A stretch of DNA of 64,000 bases from Candidatus Micrarchaeota archaeon (GTDB lineage Archaea > Micrarchaeota > Micrarchaeia > Anstonellales > Bilamarchaeaceae): NCBI GenBank assembly GCA_038046805.1, contig JBBSVO010000006.1, positions 196,452 through 260,451 on the forward strand. Reading direction: 5' to 3'. Position 1 is the first letter of the stretch. Each line of letters begins with the position of its first letter. The position numbers and the translations under genes are program-made. Below the pieces are notes generated by a model. That model saw only the letters and a list, made by a program, of their open reading frames with translations, did no database searches and was not told where the DNA came from. Positions 46,627 to 56,487 of the stretch are shown here, in pieces.

Positions 46627-47097
46627 ATAACAACGTATCTTCAACCGACAAGAGCTAGCATAAGACTGCTTCCTACTGGCGAAAGGATAGACAAACCACT
46701 TAACCGCGTTCCGGTGGAAGTTGAGGTTTTTGCAAGGCGCGGACCAGATGGATTAACTCGTTCAATCCTTCGTGCACATGGTCGTGTTACAGGAGTCACT
46801 GAATTCGGAGACGTTCAGACAGATGTTCCGCACGATCCTCTGGATCGGATTTTGGGTGCGGATAAAGTGCGAATCAAATTGTATCCAGATTCCGGAACCG
46901 AACGAGTTTTCTGGGTTGAGCCGCACGATTCCAAACGAACGCCGCTTTGGCCGTTGGGGATTCCGGTCTGTCATAATGATAGAGGGTTGGTTACTTTGGG
47001 AACGCGAAATGGTTTCGCAGTCGAGGCACTTGGGTTACGGGCCCTGTTTTCGAATCCAGTTAATGTCACTCGCCCGCAATTGCCTCCATTAATGTGA
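46627..47097 (+). CDS. Hypothetical protein (possible ATA start or pseudogene)
   Basis: Frame is open back to a GAGGTGAT SD followed by ATA. Confidence 0.35.
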   Translation: MTTYLQPTRASIRLLPTGERIDKPLNRVPVEVEVFARRGPDGLTRSILRAHGRVTGVTEFGDVQTDVPHDPLDRILGADKVRIKLYPDSGTERVFWVEPHDSKRTPLWPLGIPVCHNDRGLVTLGTRNGFAVEALGLRALFSNPVNVTRPQLPPLM

Positions 47098-47177
47098 GGT
47101 CATCGGTCTCACACCATTCAATCCACTTATTTTTTATTTTCTTCCCAAATCTAAGTAATATGTCATTTGTCTAGAAG

Positions 47178-49424
47178 GTGATTCAAATAACCAAGAAACA
47201 AACGAAACAAAACCCATCAAAGGCAGAAAATAAAAAAATTCTCATAACATCTGCTCTTCCTTATGTAAATAATGTCCCACATCTGGGCAACATCATAGGC
47301 TGCGTGCTGTCTGCGGATGTTTTCGCGCGGTATTGCCGCTCAAGTGGAAAAGAAACACTCTACATTTGCGGAACTGATGAATATGGAACTGCAACAGAAA
47401 TAAAAGCGCTCGAAGAAGGCGTTACCCCATTGGAAATCTGCGACAAATACCATAAAATCCACAAGGAGATTTACGAATGGTTCGGAATTGCGTTTGATTA
47501 TTTTGGGCGAACCTCCCGTCCGGTTCATACAAAAATAACCCAGGACATTTTCCTAAAGTTACATGGAAACGGACATGTTGTTGAAGAAGAGGTTGAGCAA
47601 CCATATGACGAAAAAGCAAAACTCTTTCTCGCTGACCGATATATAGAAGGCACGTGCCCGTTTTGCAAATCTGAACAGGCAAGGGCAGACCAATGCGATA
47701 AATGCGGAAAACTACTTACGTTCGCGGAATTAATAAATCCGATAAGCCGTGTATCAAAGACCAAGCCATTGCTTCGCAAGACAAAACACCTGTTCATCGA
47801 CCTTCCGGGAATAGAGGAAAAGCTGTCAGTGTGGATCGAAAAGAGTGCAAAAGAAGGAAAATGGTCAAGTAATACGTACAACATTGCAAAAGCCTGGTTA
47901 AAGGAAGGGTTGAAAAAACGTGCAATAACCCGCGATCTCAAATGGGGGATTCCCGTTCCATTGGCTGGCTGGGAAGGCAAGGTGCTCTACGTTTGGTTTG
48001 ATGCGCCCATAGGCTATATTTCTATCACAGCGGATTATTTCAAAGAAGACGAAGTAAAATGGAAAGACCAGTGGCAGAATCCCGAGAACACGCTGCTCTA
48101 TCAGTTTATGGGGAAGGATAATGTGCCGTTCCATACAGTAATCTTCCCATCCACGCTTATTGGCACAAAAGAGCATTGGACGCTTGTTCATCATCTGAGT
48201 ACTACTGAATTCCTCAATTACGAAGGCGGAAAATTCTCAAAATCCCGCGGGATAGGGGTTTTTGGAAACGATGCTATTGAAAGCGGAGTTCCGGCGGATG
48301 TTTGGAGGTATTATTTGTTGGTGAACCGGCCGGAAGCCGCGGATACCAATTTCACATGGAAGGATTTTGGCGAGAAATTAAACAACGAGTTGGTTGCGAA
48401 TATCGGAAATTTAGTGAACCGCACGCTGGTTTTTGCGCAGAATAATTTCGATTCGGTTATTCCTGAATCCAAGGCAACTGACCTGGCCGATGCCGACACT
48501 GTATTTATTGCGGAACAAAAACAAAAAATTTCCATGATAACCGAATTACTTGAGAACGTGAAGCTAAAGGACGCACTCCATCACACTCTTGCTCTCTCCT
48601 CCTCGGCAAACAAATATTTTCAGGACAACGCGCCTTGGAAGCTGGTGAAAGAAGGCGACGATAGCAAGAAACGCTGCGGAACCGTCATCAGCGTTCTTTT
48701 GCATCAGGTGAAGGACCTTGCAATACTTCTGGAACCATATCTTCCGCAGACGAGTGCGGCAATGTTCCAACAACTAGGGTCTTCACCAAGAAAATGGGAT
48801 GACCTGGGAAAACTCTCGCTGGCGGGCGGAACAAAACTCGGAATTCCTGCAATTCTTTTCAAGAAAATTGAGCAGAAGGAGGTTGAGGCGCTCCAGCAAA
48901 AATATGCAGGAAAGCAAGGTGAGGCTAAACTGCCTGATATCACCTTCTCGGATTTTGACATCGAAGTCGGCGAGATAACCGATGTGCAAAAGCATCCGAA
49001 TGCGGAAAAACTTTATATTGAAAAAGTGCAGCTCGCTGATGGCGTGCGGCAATTGGTTTCAGGATTGGCAAAATACTATCTACCCGAACAACTGCTTCAC
49101 AAACGCGTTCTTGTAGTCCGAAACCTAAAGCCAGCAGTTCTTCGCGGAGTGAAATCCGAAGGAATGCTTCTTGCGGCTGAAAATAAGGAAGGATTGGTTG
49201 AAGTGGTCTCTCCAAAGAAAAGCAAGGTTGGGGAAAAGGTTTTACTTGTCGGTGGCGCGGTTCAAAAACCGAAATCCGAGATTGATATTGACGATTTCTT
49301 TAAGGTTAAAATAATTGTTGAAAATCAGAAGGTCGTGGTTGCGGAAGGAAAGGAAAACAAGCAGCTTGCGACAAAATCAGAACCTATCCATACTGAGAAT
49401 GTGATTGAGGGAAAGGTAAGCTGA
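47178..49424 (+). CDS. metG: Methionyl-tRNA synthetase with C-terminal tRNA-binding domain
   Basis: TSALPYVNNVPHLGN, zinc knuckle, YVWFDA, GKDN..FH, KFSKS. Confidence 0.97.
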   Translation: MIQITKKQTKQNPSKAENKKILITSALPYVNNVPHLGNIIGCVLSADVFARYCRSSGKETLYICGTDEYGTATEIKALEEGVTPLEICDKYHKIHKEIYEWFGIAFDYFGRTSRPVHTKITQDIFLKLHGNGHVVEEEVEQPYDEKAKLFLADRYIEGTCPFCKSEQARADQCDKCGKLLTFAELINPISRVSKTKPLLRKTKHLFIDLPGIEEKLSVWIEKSAKEGKWSSNTYNIAKAWLKEGLKKRAITRDLKWGIPVPLAGWEGKVLYVWFDAPIGYISITADYFKEDEVKWKDQWQNPENTLLYQFMGKDNVPFHTVIFPSTLIGTKEHWTLVHHLSTTEFLNYEGGKFSKSRGIGVFGNDAIESGVPADVWRYYLLVNRPEAADTNFTWKDFGEKLNNELVANIGNLVNRTLVFAQNNFDSVIPESKATDLADADTVFIAEQKQKISMITELLENVKLKDALHHTLALSSSANKYFQDNAPWKLVKEGDDSKKRCGTVISVLLHQVKDLAILLEPYLPQTSAAMFQQLGSSPRKWDDLGKLSLAGGTKLGIPAILFKKIEQKEVEALQQKYAGKQGEAKLPDITFSDFDIEVGEITDVQKHPNAEKLYIEKVQLADGVRQLVSGLAKYYLPEQLLHKRVLVVRNLKPAVLRGVKSEGMLLAAENKEGLVEVVSPKKSKVGEKVLLVGGAVQKPKSEIDIDDFFKVKIIVENQKVVVAEGKENKQLATKSEPIHTENVIEGKVS

Positions 49425-49502
49425 GCCAGTCCTACAATCATATATCTTTTTATACCTATTCCCACATTATATCTATGTTACCTGATGGTGAAGTTGATTT
49501 TT

Positions 49503-50471
49503 ATGGTGTTTCGTCTTGAAAGCAAAACTGTCGTAAGGAATACTGATTATTTCAGAGCTGTTGAAAGTGACCTCCGAACTGCAATGAAAAGATTTGAGAC
49601 GATGTTGCTTCCTATAGCAGAGCAGGCGGCAAGGGATGCCTGTGTTAAAGTTAAAGAGCATCCGAAAGAGGGTTATTACACCGAAACCACCAGTCTTAGC
49701 CGCTATTTTGACATTCTAAGATCATTGCAGGAAAATTTTTCCCCTATCATAACGGATTCTATCCGTCTTCTTCATGAAATATATTCCCACCGTGTTTTTG
49801 GGCTTGGAAAGGCTGTGCGAACTGCAATAAGCGATGAAGCATTGTTCCCAGCAGAATCTCCAGCAATAATTTCCCCAGTGGCTGACCCGGTGTCCATGGC
49901 AAGCGCAAAGGTTCAGCCAAATTGGACAATTGATGGGATAATGGATGCGCTGGTTGGAATTAAATTAGGGACTTGTTTGGTTGGTTTAGCAATTTTGGTG
50001 GATTCAAAGGAAAACATTCAGGTGTCCGAACAAAGAAGGTATAATCCACTGGCTACCTGCATGGCTTGCGAAACGACCGTTCTTTCCAGGCATAAAAGTA
50101 CTTGGAGAGGTGGGGGATCATCTAAATCGCAGGTTGACTGGCAGGTTGATAGAGCGGTTGAAGAATATGGAAACGCACTCATCGCAGCATATAATGACTT
50201 ATTCACGAAAGGGGGGGAGTCATTTTCTATTGGCATTGGAAATGTCACCCCGGATAATATTCTTTCTGAGCTAGGAATCGCACCTGCGATGGAAAGATGC
50301 GTTAATCTAAACATATATGCGATAAAAAGGTTGTATTATCATTGGGCAATAGAAAAAAATCCAGAATCTGGGTTATACATTGTCAGGGATTTCAATGCTG
50401 GACGAATAATCACAACTCAGGAATATCACGATAATCCAGATATTAAATTGGGGTTATCCTTCTTAAGATAA
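49503..50471 (+). CDS. Hypothetical protein
   Basis: Long ORF, start uncertain, no recognised motif. Confidence 0.55.
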   Translation: MVFRLESKTVVRNTDYFRAVESDLRTAMKRFETMLLPIAEQAARDACVKVKEHPKEGYYTETTSLSRYFDILRSLQENFSPIITDSIRLLHEIYSHRVFGLGKAVRTAISDEALFPAESPAIISPVADPVSMASAKVQPNWTIDGIMDALVGIKLGTCLVGLAILVDSKENIQVSEQRRYNPLATCMACETTVLSRHKSTWRGGGSSKSQVDWQVDRAVEEYGNALIAAYNDLFTKGGESFSIGIGNVTPDNILSELGIAPAMERCVNLNIYAIKRLYYHWAIEKNPESGLYIVRDFNAGRIITTQEYHDNPDIKLGLSFLR

Positions 50472-50578
50472 AAACTATTGCAGACTACTTCTTCCGAACT
50501 ATTCAGTGAATTTTGCATCTTGAGTCCAAACAGTGAAACTCAAAACTCAGAACGCGAAACCCTAAACGCGGGACAATC

Positions 50579-51634
50579 CTAAAACCAGTCCCCTAATTTC
50601 TTCTGCCCGCCCTTTTCTTTCTGGATTCTTTCTACCTCATTGATTACTCTTTGCACGCGTTCCTCTGAAAAATCATGCCCTGAGCAGAGCATTTTCATCA
50701 ATCCTTCTCCATCCATCTTATTGAATTTCAGTTCTGGAACATCTGCGGTGTTTGGTTTCATGAACACATCGAATATCTCCTCGGTTTCTCCTTCACCTTC
50801 GTCCCCAAGCCCGATTATGTTCCCATATTTCGCATGCACGAATTTCTTCAAATCCTCAAGTGTTTTTATCCCGCTCACAATTTTGAGCGCGGTTTTCGGC
50901 CCGACTCCTTTAACTCCTTCATTAAAATCTGTTCCAACGAGTAGTCCGAGCATCACAAGCTGTTCCCGGGTCAGATTAAGCGATCGCAGGGTTTCATCAA
51001 GCCGTATTTCTTCGGGTTCCACGAGCACGTATCTATCCTGTCTCGGAACCTTTCTTCTTCCTGTTATAGATAAGTTCCGTACAAGTATCGGAGAACCGAA
51101 CAAAAGCGAATCATAATCCTGTGAAGCAGATGCATATGCTGCCCCGCATCGGACCATTTCGGCTGCCTGTGCCTCCCCTTCCCCCGGAGCCTGAACGTGC
51201 GGCAATCCCATCAATTCCAGAAGCACCTTGCTTTCCTCAACCATTTCTGGTGTCAGTCGCGAGGTTGCCTGCGCATATTTCTTCGCATCTTCAGTTCTTC
51301 CTTCCTCAAGTGCAGTCTTCCATTTTTCTTCTGCGGTTTTTTTGATTTCCGCACGCGCGATTTGCGTTTTCTTTTTGAACCGAGGCGGTTTCCCGTCAAA
51401 AACATAAACGGGCAGAATCCCGTTTTCCATAAGCCTTGCGGTTCTGTAAAATAATCCCGAAAGATGCGCGGTTACATGTCCGTGTGAGTCCATCAGCGGG
51501 GTTCCATCCTCCTGCCTGATAGACGCAAGAAACTGGTAAAGAGTATTGAATGCGTCTATTGCAACTATCCGTCCGGAAAGGCTGTCCACGGTAATAGTAT
51601 GCTTGACTGCAAGATCGCCTAATTGGACTCCCAC
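50579..51634 (-). CDS. fen: Flap endonuclease 1
   Basis: GVQ, AIDAFNTLYQFL, EGEAQAA, SQDYD, GTDFN, C-terminal PIP box QKKLGDWF. Confidence 0.97.
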   Translation of the reverse strand: MGVQLGDLAVKHTITVDSLSGRIVAIDAFNTLYQFLASIRQEDGTPLMDSHGHVTAHLSGLFYRTARLMENGILPVYVFDGKPPRFKKKTQIARAEIKKTAEEKWKTALEEGRTEDAKKYAQATSRLTPEMVEESKVLLELMGLPHVQAPGEGEAQAAEMVRCGAAYASASQDYDSLLFGSPILVRNLSITGRRKVPRQDRYVLVEPEEIRLDETLRSLNLTREQLVMLGLLVGTDFNEGVKGVGPKTALKIVSGIKTLEDLKKFVHAKYGNIIGLGDEGEGETEEIFDVFMKPNTADVPELKFNKMDGEGLMKMLCSGHDFSEERVQRVINEVERIQKEKGGQKKLGDWF

Positions 51635-51719
51635 ATATTTCACCGGTTTCAAATATTTCGTTTAGTGTTTCGAAGTTCAATTCGTCTGGTTATATGTTTT
51701 GTTTCGAATTCCTGCAATG

Positions 51720-52250
51720 TTATTTCTTTTTCTTGTTTGAATCTGCCTTTGCCATTTCAAACGCATCTGCAAGAGTAGGCTCTCTGAATTGAGCGCTTCC
51801 TTTTCCCTGAAGGCTTGGCGCTACTTCCTCTTTAACCTGTTCAACTAGTTTTATTCCAAGTTCCTTTCCTATTTTCTTTGCAACATCAAGGGTTGGGTGT
51901 ACCTTTCCCTTTTCAATATGGTCAATGAAGCTTTCCTTTTCGCTTATCCGTTCCGCGAGAACTGCAACCGGAAGCCCGATTTTTTCCCTTTTCTGCCTGA
52001 TGAGCTGGGAATATCCATCCACAAGGTCCTCGCGTTCCATGATATTTGGCCTGGTTGTCGAGGCGAATCTCATCCCGCCGGCATTTCCTTTATCTCCTTC
52101 TCCTGCTTCTTCAAATTCCAGAATATGAATGACTTTTCCATGGCCTTTACAATTTCTGCATGCTGACATTCTTGCGCCCTCAACAGAAATTATCGCCATT
52201 GCAGTGTGTTTTCCGCAGATGTCACATTGAGGTCCTGATACAGATACCAT
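51720..52250 (-). CDS. mbf1: Archaeal multiprotein bridging factor 1 (Zn ribbon + HTH)
   Basis: CDICG...VEGA...C..C, IRQKRE, LAERISEKES, PTLAD. Confidence 0.85.
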   Translation of the reverse strand: MVSVSGPQCDICGKHTAMAIISVEGARMSACRNCKGHGKVIHILEFEEAGEGDKGNAGGMRFASTTRPNIMEREDLVDGYSQLIRQKREKIGLPVAVLAERISEKESFIDHIEKGKVHPTLDVAKKIGKELGIKLVEQVKEEVAPSLQGKGSAQFREPTLADAFEMAKADSNKKKK

Positions 52251-52302
52251 GATTCTGATTTGCATCCATAAATTTTTATTCTCATATGGGGAAATCATTG
52301 CT

Positions 52303-53691
52303 ATGATTTTCGCATTTGTAGTGGTTTTGATAGCCTTTGCACTATTTCTCTACGTGCTTGGGCTGGATATCCCGGGAACATGGAAATTCGCAGTTTCAGT
52401 TGCAGAAATGATTGTCGTGGGGCAGGTTCTCAGCATGAAATATAATCTTGGCGCAAGCTGGGGGCTAATATTATTCAGGACGAAAAAAGGACTGGACATT
52501 ATCGCGTCACTGGCAAAACATGAAAAATTCTGGAGTTTTTTCGCAGAAGTTGGAACCCTAATGTCTTACGGGGCACTTTCATTCATTTTCATGCGAAAAT
52601 CTGTTTCAAGAAACAGTGCAATTGTAGGATTTATTCTTCTTTTGTTCCTTGCTTTGTTTGTCTCCGCGCCGGTTCTTGGATTCCTTGCAGTGAATGTGAA
52701 GGGGGCACTGCCCAATCAAGATGCATTAAGTAGTGGAGCAACCGAGAGCGCAACGCGCAGCATAGACGGCTTTCTCCTCTTATGGTTTGCTTTACTTTTG
52801 GGCGGAGGAATGTTTTTTGTGCTTCTTGCCAGTATTCTAATGTACGGGGTCGTAGTGCTTAGTGCGCTTTCATCAACCGTATTCTCTGGAACAACTGCAA
52901 TACAGGATACGAATCCAGGTGCGACGTTTCTTCTTCCAGGGATAAATATTCCTTTTATTGAGGGCATAATCGCGCTTTTGGTCATTCTTGTAGTTCATGA
53001 GGGTGCGCATGCGGTTCTTGGAAAAATGGCACGCGTTCCGATTCTTTCTTCCGGAGTTGTATTGTTTGGGGTAATCCCTGTCGGGGCTTTTGTTGAACCA
53101 GACGAGGATTATCTGAAACGGATTGAGAAAACCAAGCAGACGCGGGTGCTGGTTGCAGGCTCAACTGCCAATCTTATTACCTCTGTAATTACATTCATAA
53201 TTTTTGTAGGTTTCATGCTTTCCGCATTTGCACTGAATCTGAATGAACGCGGACTTCTTGTTGCAACTGGAGACGCATCCGGCACGCTTCAGAAAGGTGA
53301 CATGATTTACAAACTCAACGGAGAGGACGCGCTCGGTTACAAAAATATTTCAATTCCTAAAAATTCGTCGGTCTCCTTACTCACCAATCACGGGGACATT
53401 TCACTCAAAACCAATATAGATGGAAAAATGGGAATAACCTTTTATCCGCTATCGGGCGGTTCACTTATCTTCGCAAAATTCAAATATGGGTTTTTGGATT
53501 TCATCTACCTGACACTAGGCCTGATTTTCGCCCTGAATTTCGTTGTAGGGACAATAAACCTTCTCCCGCTTCCGTTCTTTGACGGTTACAGGATTCTGGA
53601 ATTGAACGCGCCGCATCCGATAGTGGCAAAGGCGCTTATGGTAATTACGCTAATCGCCTTCCTAATGAACTTCGTGCCGTGGCTGTTCTGA
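52303..53691 (+). CDS. Site-2 protease (M50)
   Basis: HEGAH, GAFVEPD, NLLPLPFFDG, multiple TM helices. Confidence 0.9.
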   Translation: MIFAFVVVLIAFALFLYVLGLDIPGTWKFAVSVAEMIVVGQVLSMKYNLGASWGLILFRTKKGLDIIASLAKHEKFWSFFAEVGTLMSYGALSFIFMRKSVSRNSAIVGFILLLFLALFVSAPVLGFLAVNVKGALPNQDALSSGATESATRSIDGFLLLWFALLLGGGMFFVLLASILMYGVVVLSALSSTVFSGTTAIQDTNPGATFLLPGINIPFIEGIIALLVILVVHEGAHAVLGKMARVPILSSGVVLFGVIPVGAFVEPDEDYLKRIEKTKQTRVLVAGSTANLITSVITFIIFVGFMLSAFALNLNERGLLVATGDASGTLQKGDMIYKLNGEDALGYKNISIPKNSSVSLLTNHGDISLKTNIDGKMGITFYPLSGGSLIFAKFKYGFLDFIYLTLGLIFALNFVVGTINLLPLPFFDGYRILELNAPHPIVAKALMVITLIAFLMNFVPWLF

Positions 53692-53711
53692 CCTAAGGGT
53701 TTTCCGCAGAT

Positions 53712-53785
53712 TTGAACGACCAATCGAAACGACAGTTTCAATGGTCCATGGAACGTTGCGACGTTCTATCGGACGATTCGTTCAA
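53712..53785. repeat. Dispersed double-hairpin element (other copies at 21615-21675, 24270-24349, 63970-64000)
   Basis: GAACGACC-hairpin-GGTCCA-hairpin-CGGACG..CGTTC. Confidence 0.8.
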
Positions 53786-53832
53786 TTGGGCTAAAAACAA
53801 GAAAATAAGATTGCGTGTGCAAGAGTTAATAC

Positions 53833-54213
53833 TTATATCTGAACCCCGTTCACAACCCCATCCTGCCCAACGCGGTTTGTGACTTTTACCTTTCCAACTT
53901 CGGTATTAAGCACAGCGCCTTTGGTTATGATATTCTGTCTTACATATTCTGGATTGTGGCTTTCAACAACGCCGAGTATTTTCGCCTTTTTCATCCCATT
54001 CTTTGTTACTACATTTACAAAAGCAGCCTTTTTGATGCGAATCCGCCTGTTTCCTCCTCTTACTCGTTTGATGCTTCGCACGTCCTTGTCAGAAACCTTT
54101 GTTGCAGTGAATGCACTGCCTATTTGTGAAAGCCTTTTGTTCTGTGACGGAATTCTCTTTCCGCCGGTTCCTGCTGAAACTTTTTTTATCCTCGGTCTGT
54201 GATATTGTTGCAT
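53833..54213 (-). CDS. rps8e: 30S ribosomal protein S8e
   Basis: TGGK, RVRGGN, YVRQNIITKGAV..T..G..KVTNRVGQDG. Confidence 0.96.
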   Translation of the reverse strand: MQQYHRPRIKKVSAGTGGKRIPSQNKRLSQIGSAFTATKVSDKDVRSIKRVRGGNRRIRIKKAAFVNVVTKNGMKKAKILGVVESHNPEYVRQNIITKGAVLNTEVGKVKVTNRVGQDGVVNGVQI

Positions 54214-54289
54214 GAATACACCTCAAGCCAAAATTGGTAACGTTTTAATATTGGCACAGCTTTAAAATCCTTATCCTGACGGTATTTCT

Positions 54290-54697
54290 ATGATCTTCAC
54301 CCGTGTTTCATCTTCTCTTGGAAAAAATGCGCTTCTGGACATTGCGGCCGAGCTAAGTATCCTGCTTCTGCGTCCTTCTGCAATCTCCTCAAAAAAACAG
54401 CTTGAACTGGCGTTTTATCTGGCGAATAAGTCGTTCGGAACCGGGCATTCCATTGCAAAAAAATTCCATCTTGAATTTCTCTTGTGGCTTGCTGGCTGCA
54501 AGGATATCCGAAAGGCTTTTGCGGAAACAACATTCACGGATGCGAAGGACATCCTAGTAATTTCGTTCGCACGCGGAACAAAAAAACAAGTAATTGGGCA
54601 AATCCTCGATTCGCTTTCATCTAACGAAAAGAAGTTCTCGCTTTCTGATGAAGTTGAGCCGCTCGTTTTGGAAAAAATCTCCCTCTCAAGGGTTTAA
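54290..54697 (+). CDS. cgi121: KEOPS complex subunit Cgi121-like
   Basis: LELAFYLA.KSF....IAK...LEFLLWLAG.KDI.KA, ending LEKISL. Confidence 0.75.
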   Translation: MIFTRVSSSLGKNALLDIAAELSILLLRPSAISSKKQLELAFYLANKSFGTGHSIAKKFHLEFLLWLAGCKDIRKAFAETTFTDAKDILVISFARGTKKQVIGQILDSLSSNEKKFSLSDEVEPLVLEKISLSRV

Positions 54698-56241
54698 CCT
54701 TTCTCCAATTCTCTCAAAAGCAGTTCCTTATCTATCGGCAAATCAATTCTCAGAGTCTTGTGAATAAAGTCGAACATTTCCACGAATTTTGCCTTATTCA
54801 CAACAGTGTCTGCGTAAATCCTTTTTGCCATATCCTTTAGTTTAATATCTTTACCTACCAGTTCGTAAAGCATTACGCCCTCTTTCCCATATTTTTTATA
54901 TATTGCATATCCTTCATCGCCGTATTTCTTGCGCACGTCTGTGCGTGGCATGGCTTTGAGCATGACAAGGCGTTTTTCAAGAAGAAACGCAAGCACTGTT
55001 TCCACTTCATAAAGCGGTATGGCGTTCTTAATTGCAAAATCAATAATGTCGTTCTTCCCGTTTACGTTTTCGAGTATCTTTCCGCCCCGGTCACCGAATT
55101 TTAGCAGAACATTGCTTTTTGCATAAAGCGCCTGCACCATATCCACTGGCGCCTTTATCGGAACATTTATCGGTCCAACTTCTTTTTTTGCACCACTATT
55201 CTCTATTGCTTCGTCTTCTTCTTCAGCAAGTGGTTTGAATCCGCTTTCTGCAACCGTTGGCGCAGGTTCTTCCTTCTTTTTCTCTCCACCCGGATATTCT
55301 AGTTTGATTATTCCCTCTTCATCCATGAAGTCGAGCATCTCAACCAGTTTTGATTCGCTTACTCCGGTTTCCTTTATTATTTCTTCAGCCGTTCTTTGGC
55401 CGTCAATGAGCTTGTATACTTTTATGCCTGTTTCGCCATATTTATCTTTGATAATTCTTTCAACAGGGCTTAGTTCCTCCTCTTCCGTGCCATGATGGGA
55501 AACGGGTTCTATATCCTCTTTCATTTCCAATTGAGTCGTTTCCAATTCTTCCTCGTGCGATTTTTCCAGTTCATTCTCTTCTTTTGAGTCTGGTTCCTCT
55601 TCTTTTGGCTCAGTTTTCTCCGCTTCAAATTCCATCCAGCTTTTCGGTTCCTCTTTCTCTTCTTCTGCTTCTATTGGTTCGAACTCCTCTTTTTTCTCTT
55701 GAATCGGTTCTTCATCTTTAGAAGTATCTTCCACAGGCCCCTCTTTCTCTTTTTTCTCAGGCTTTTCTTCTTCTAATCCTATTGGTTCTATATCTATTGG
55801 TTTAATTTCGTCAAGTGTTTCAGAAGGTTCAGGCTCTTCTTTTGGTTTTAACAAATCTTTTTTCACCCACGGAGGCGCAGGCTCTCCAGTTTCCTGTTCC
55901 GCGTTTCGTGTTTTTGGTTCCGGTTCTTCGGTTCCAAGTTCCGCCTCTTCTGCCGGTTTCTTTCTTCGGGCTTCCGTGCCTCCTGATTCTACTGCTGAAA
56001 GCTCTACCATCCCCGCCTCTTCCATATAACTAAGCATTTCTGCGAATATGTCCGGTTCTATTTCCAAATCTTTTCTAAGTTCTTCGGCGGTTCTTTTTCC
56101 AGTAATTGCCTTGTAGATATGGAGTCCAAGTTCTCCGAATTTTTTTAGAAGAAGATTCTGGTTCTTAAATCGATTAAGCGGACCCTTTTCGATTTTTGTT
56201 ATCTTGTAATCTATTCCAGGTTCCATTGTCATCAGGATCAC
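54694..56241 (-). CDS. Hypothetical protein with repeated winged-helix-like modules and acidic linker
   Basis: Repeated K[FY]G.xG..xY..I.G.RT.EE motif and an E/K/P-rich linker. Confidence 0.65.
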   Translation of the reverse strand: MILMTMEPGIDYKITKIEKGPLNRFKNQNLLLKKFGELGLHIYKAITGKRTAEELRKDLEIEPDIFAEMLSYMEEAGMVELSAVESGGTEARRKKPAEEAELGTEEPEPKTRNAEQETGEPAPPWVKKDLLKPKEEPEPSETLDEIKPIDIEPIGLEEEKPEKKEKEGPVEDTSKDEEPIQEKKEEFEPIEAEEEKEEPKSWMEFEAEKTEPKEEEPDSKEENELEKSHEEELETTQLEMKEDIEPVSHHGTEEEELSPVERIIKDKYGETGIKVYKLIDGQRTAEEIIKETGVSESKLVEMLDFMDEEGIIKLEYPGGEKKKEEPAPTVAESGFKPLAEEEDEAIENSGAKKEVGPINVPIKAPVDMVQALYAKSNVLLKFGDRGGKILENVNGKNDIIDFAIKNAIPLYEVETVLAFLLEKRLVMLKAMPRTDVRKKYGDEGYAIYKKYGKEGVMLYELVGKDIKLKDMAKRIYADTVVNKAKFVEMFDFIHKTLRIDLPIDKELLLRELEKG

Positions 56242-56355
56242 TTACCATTTTCGGGTTATAAAATATATGACTTATAGATTAATCTCGCGTATTGCTTTCG
56301 CAATTCTTTTTTGGATCACTATAATACATAAGTGTGGATTAAAAATATTGATGAT

Positions 56356-56447
56356 TGGCTTTTAGCATTAGTTTATAGTAAGTGGCTAACTGCTAATCGC
56401 TAACCACTAACTGCAAACTGCTAATCGCTAACCACTAACTGCTAACC
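56356..56447. repeat. Heptamer tandem repeat tract
   Basis: ctaactg ctaatcg ctaacca ctaactg caaactg ctaatcg ctaacca ctaactg, preceded by a degenerate inverted arm. Confidence 0.8.
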
Positions 56448-56487
56448 CACCTTCATCTTTTTAAACCATACATTCGTGTATACTGGT

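Noticed and set aside
56356..56447. CRISPR array (here and at other repeat tracts)
   Set aside because: Repeats are contiguous heptamers with no unique spacers, and there are no cas genes in the window.
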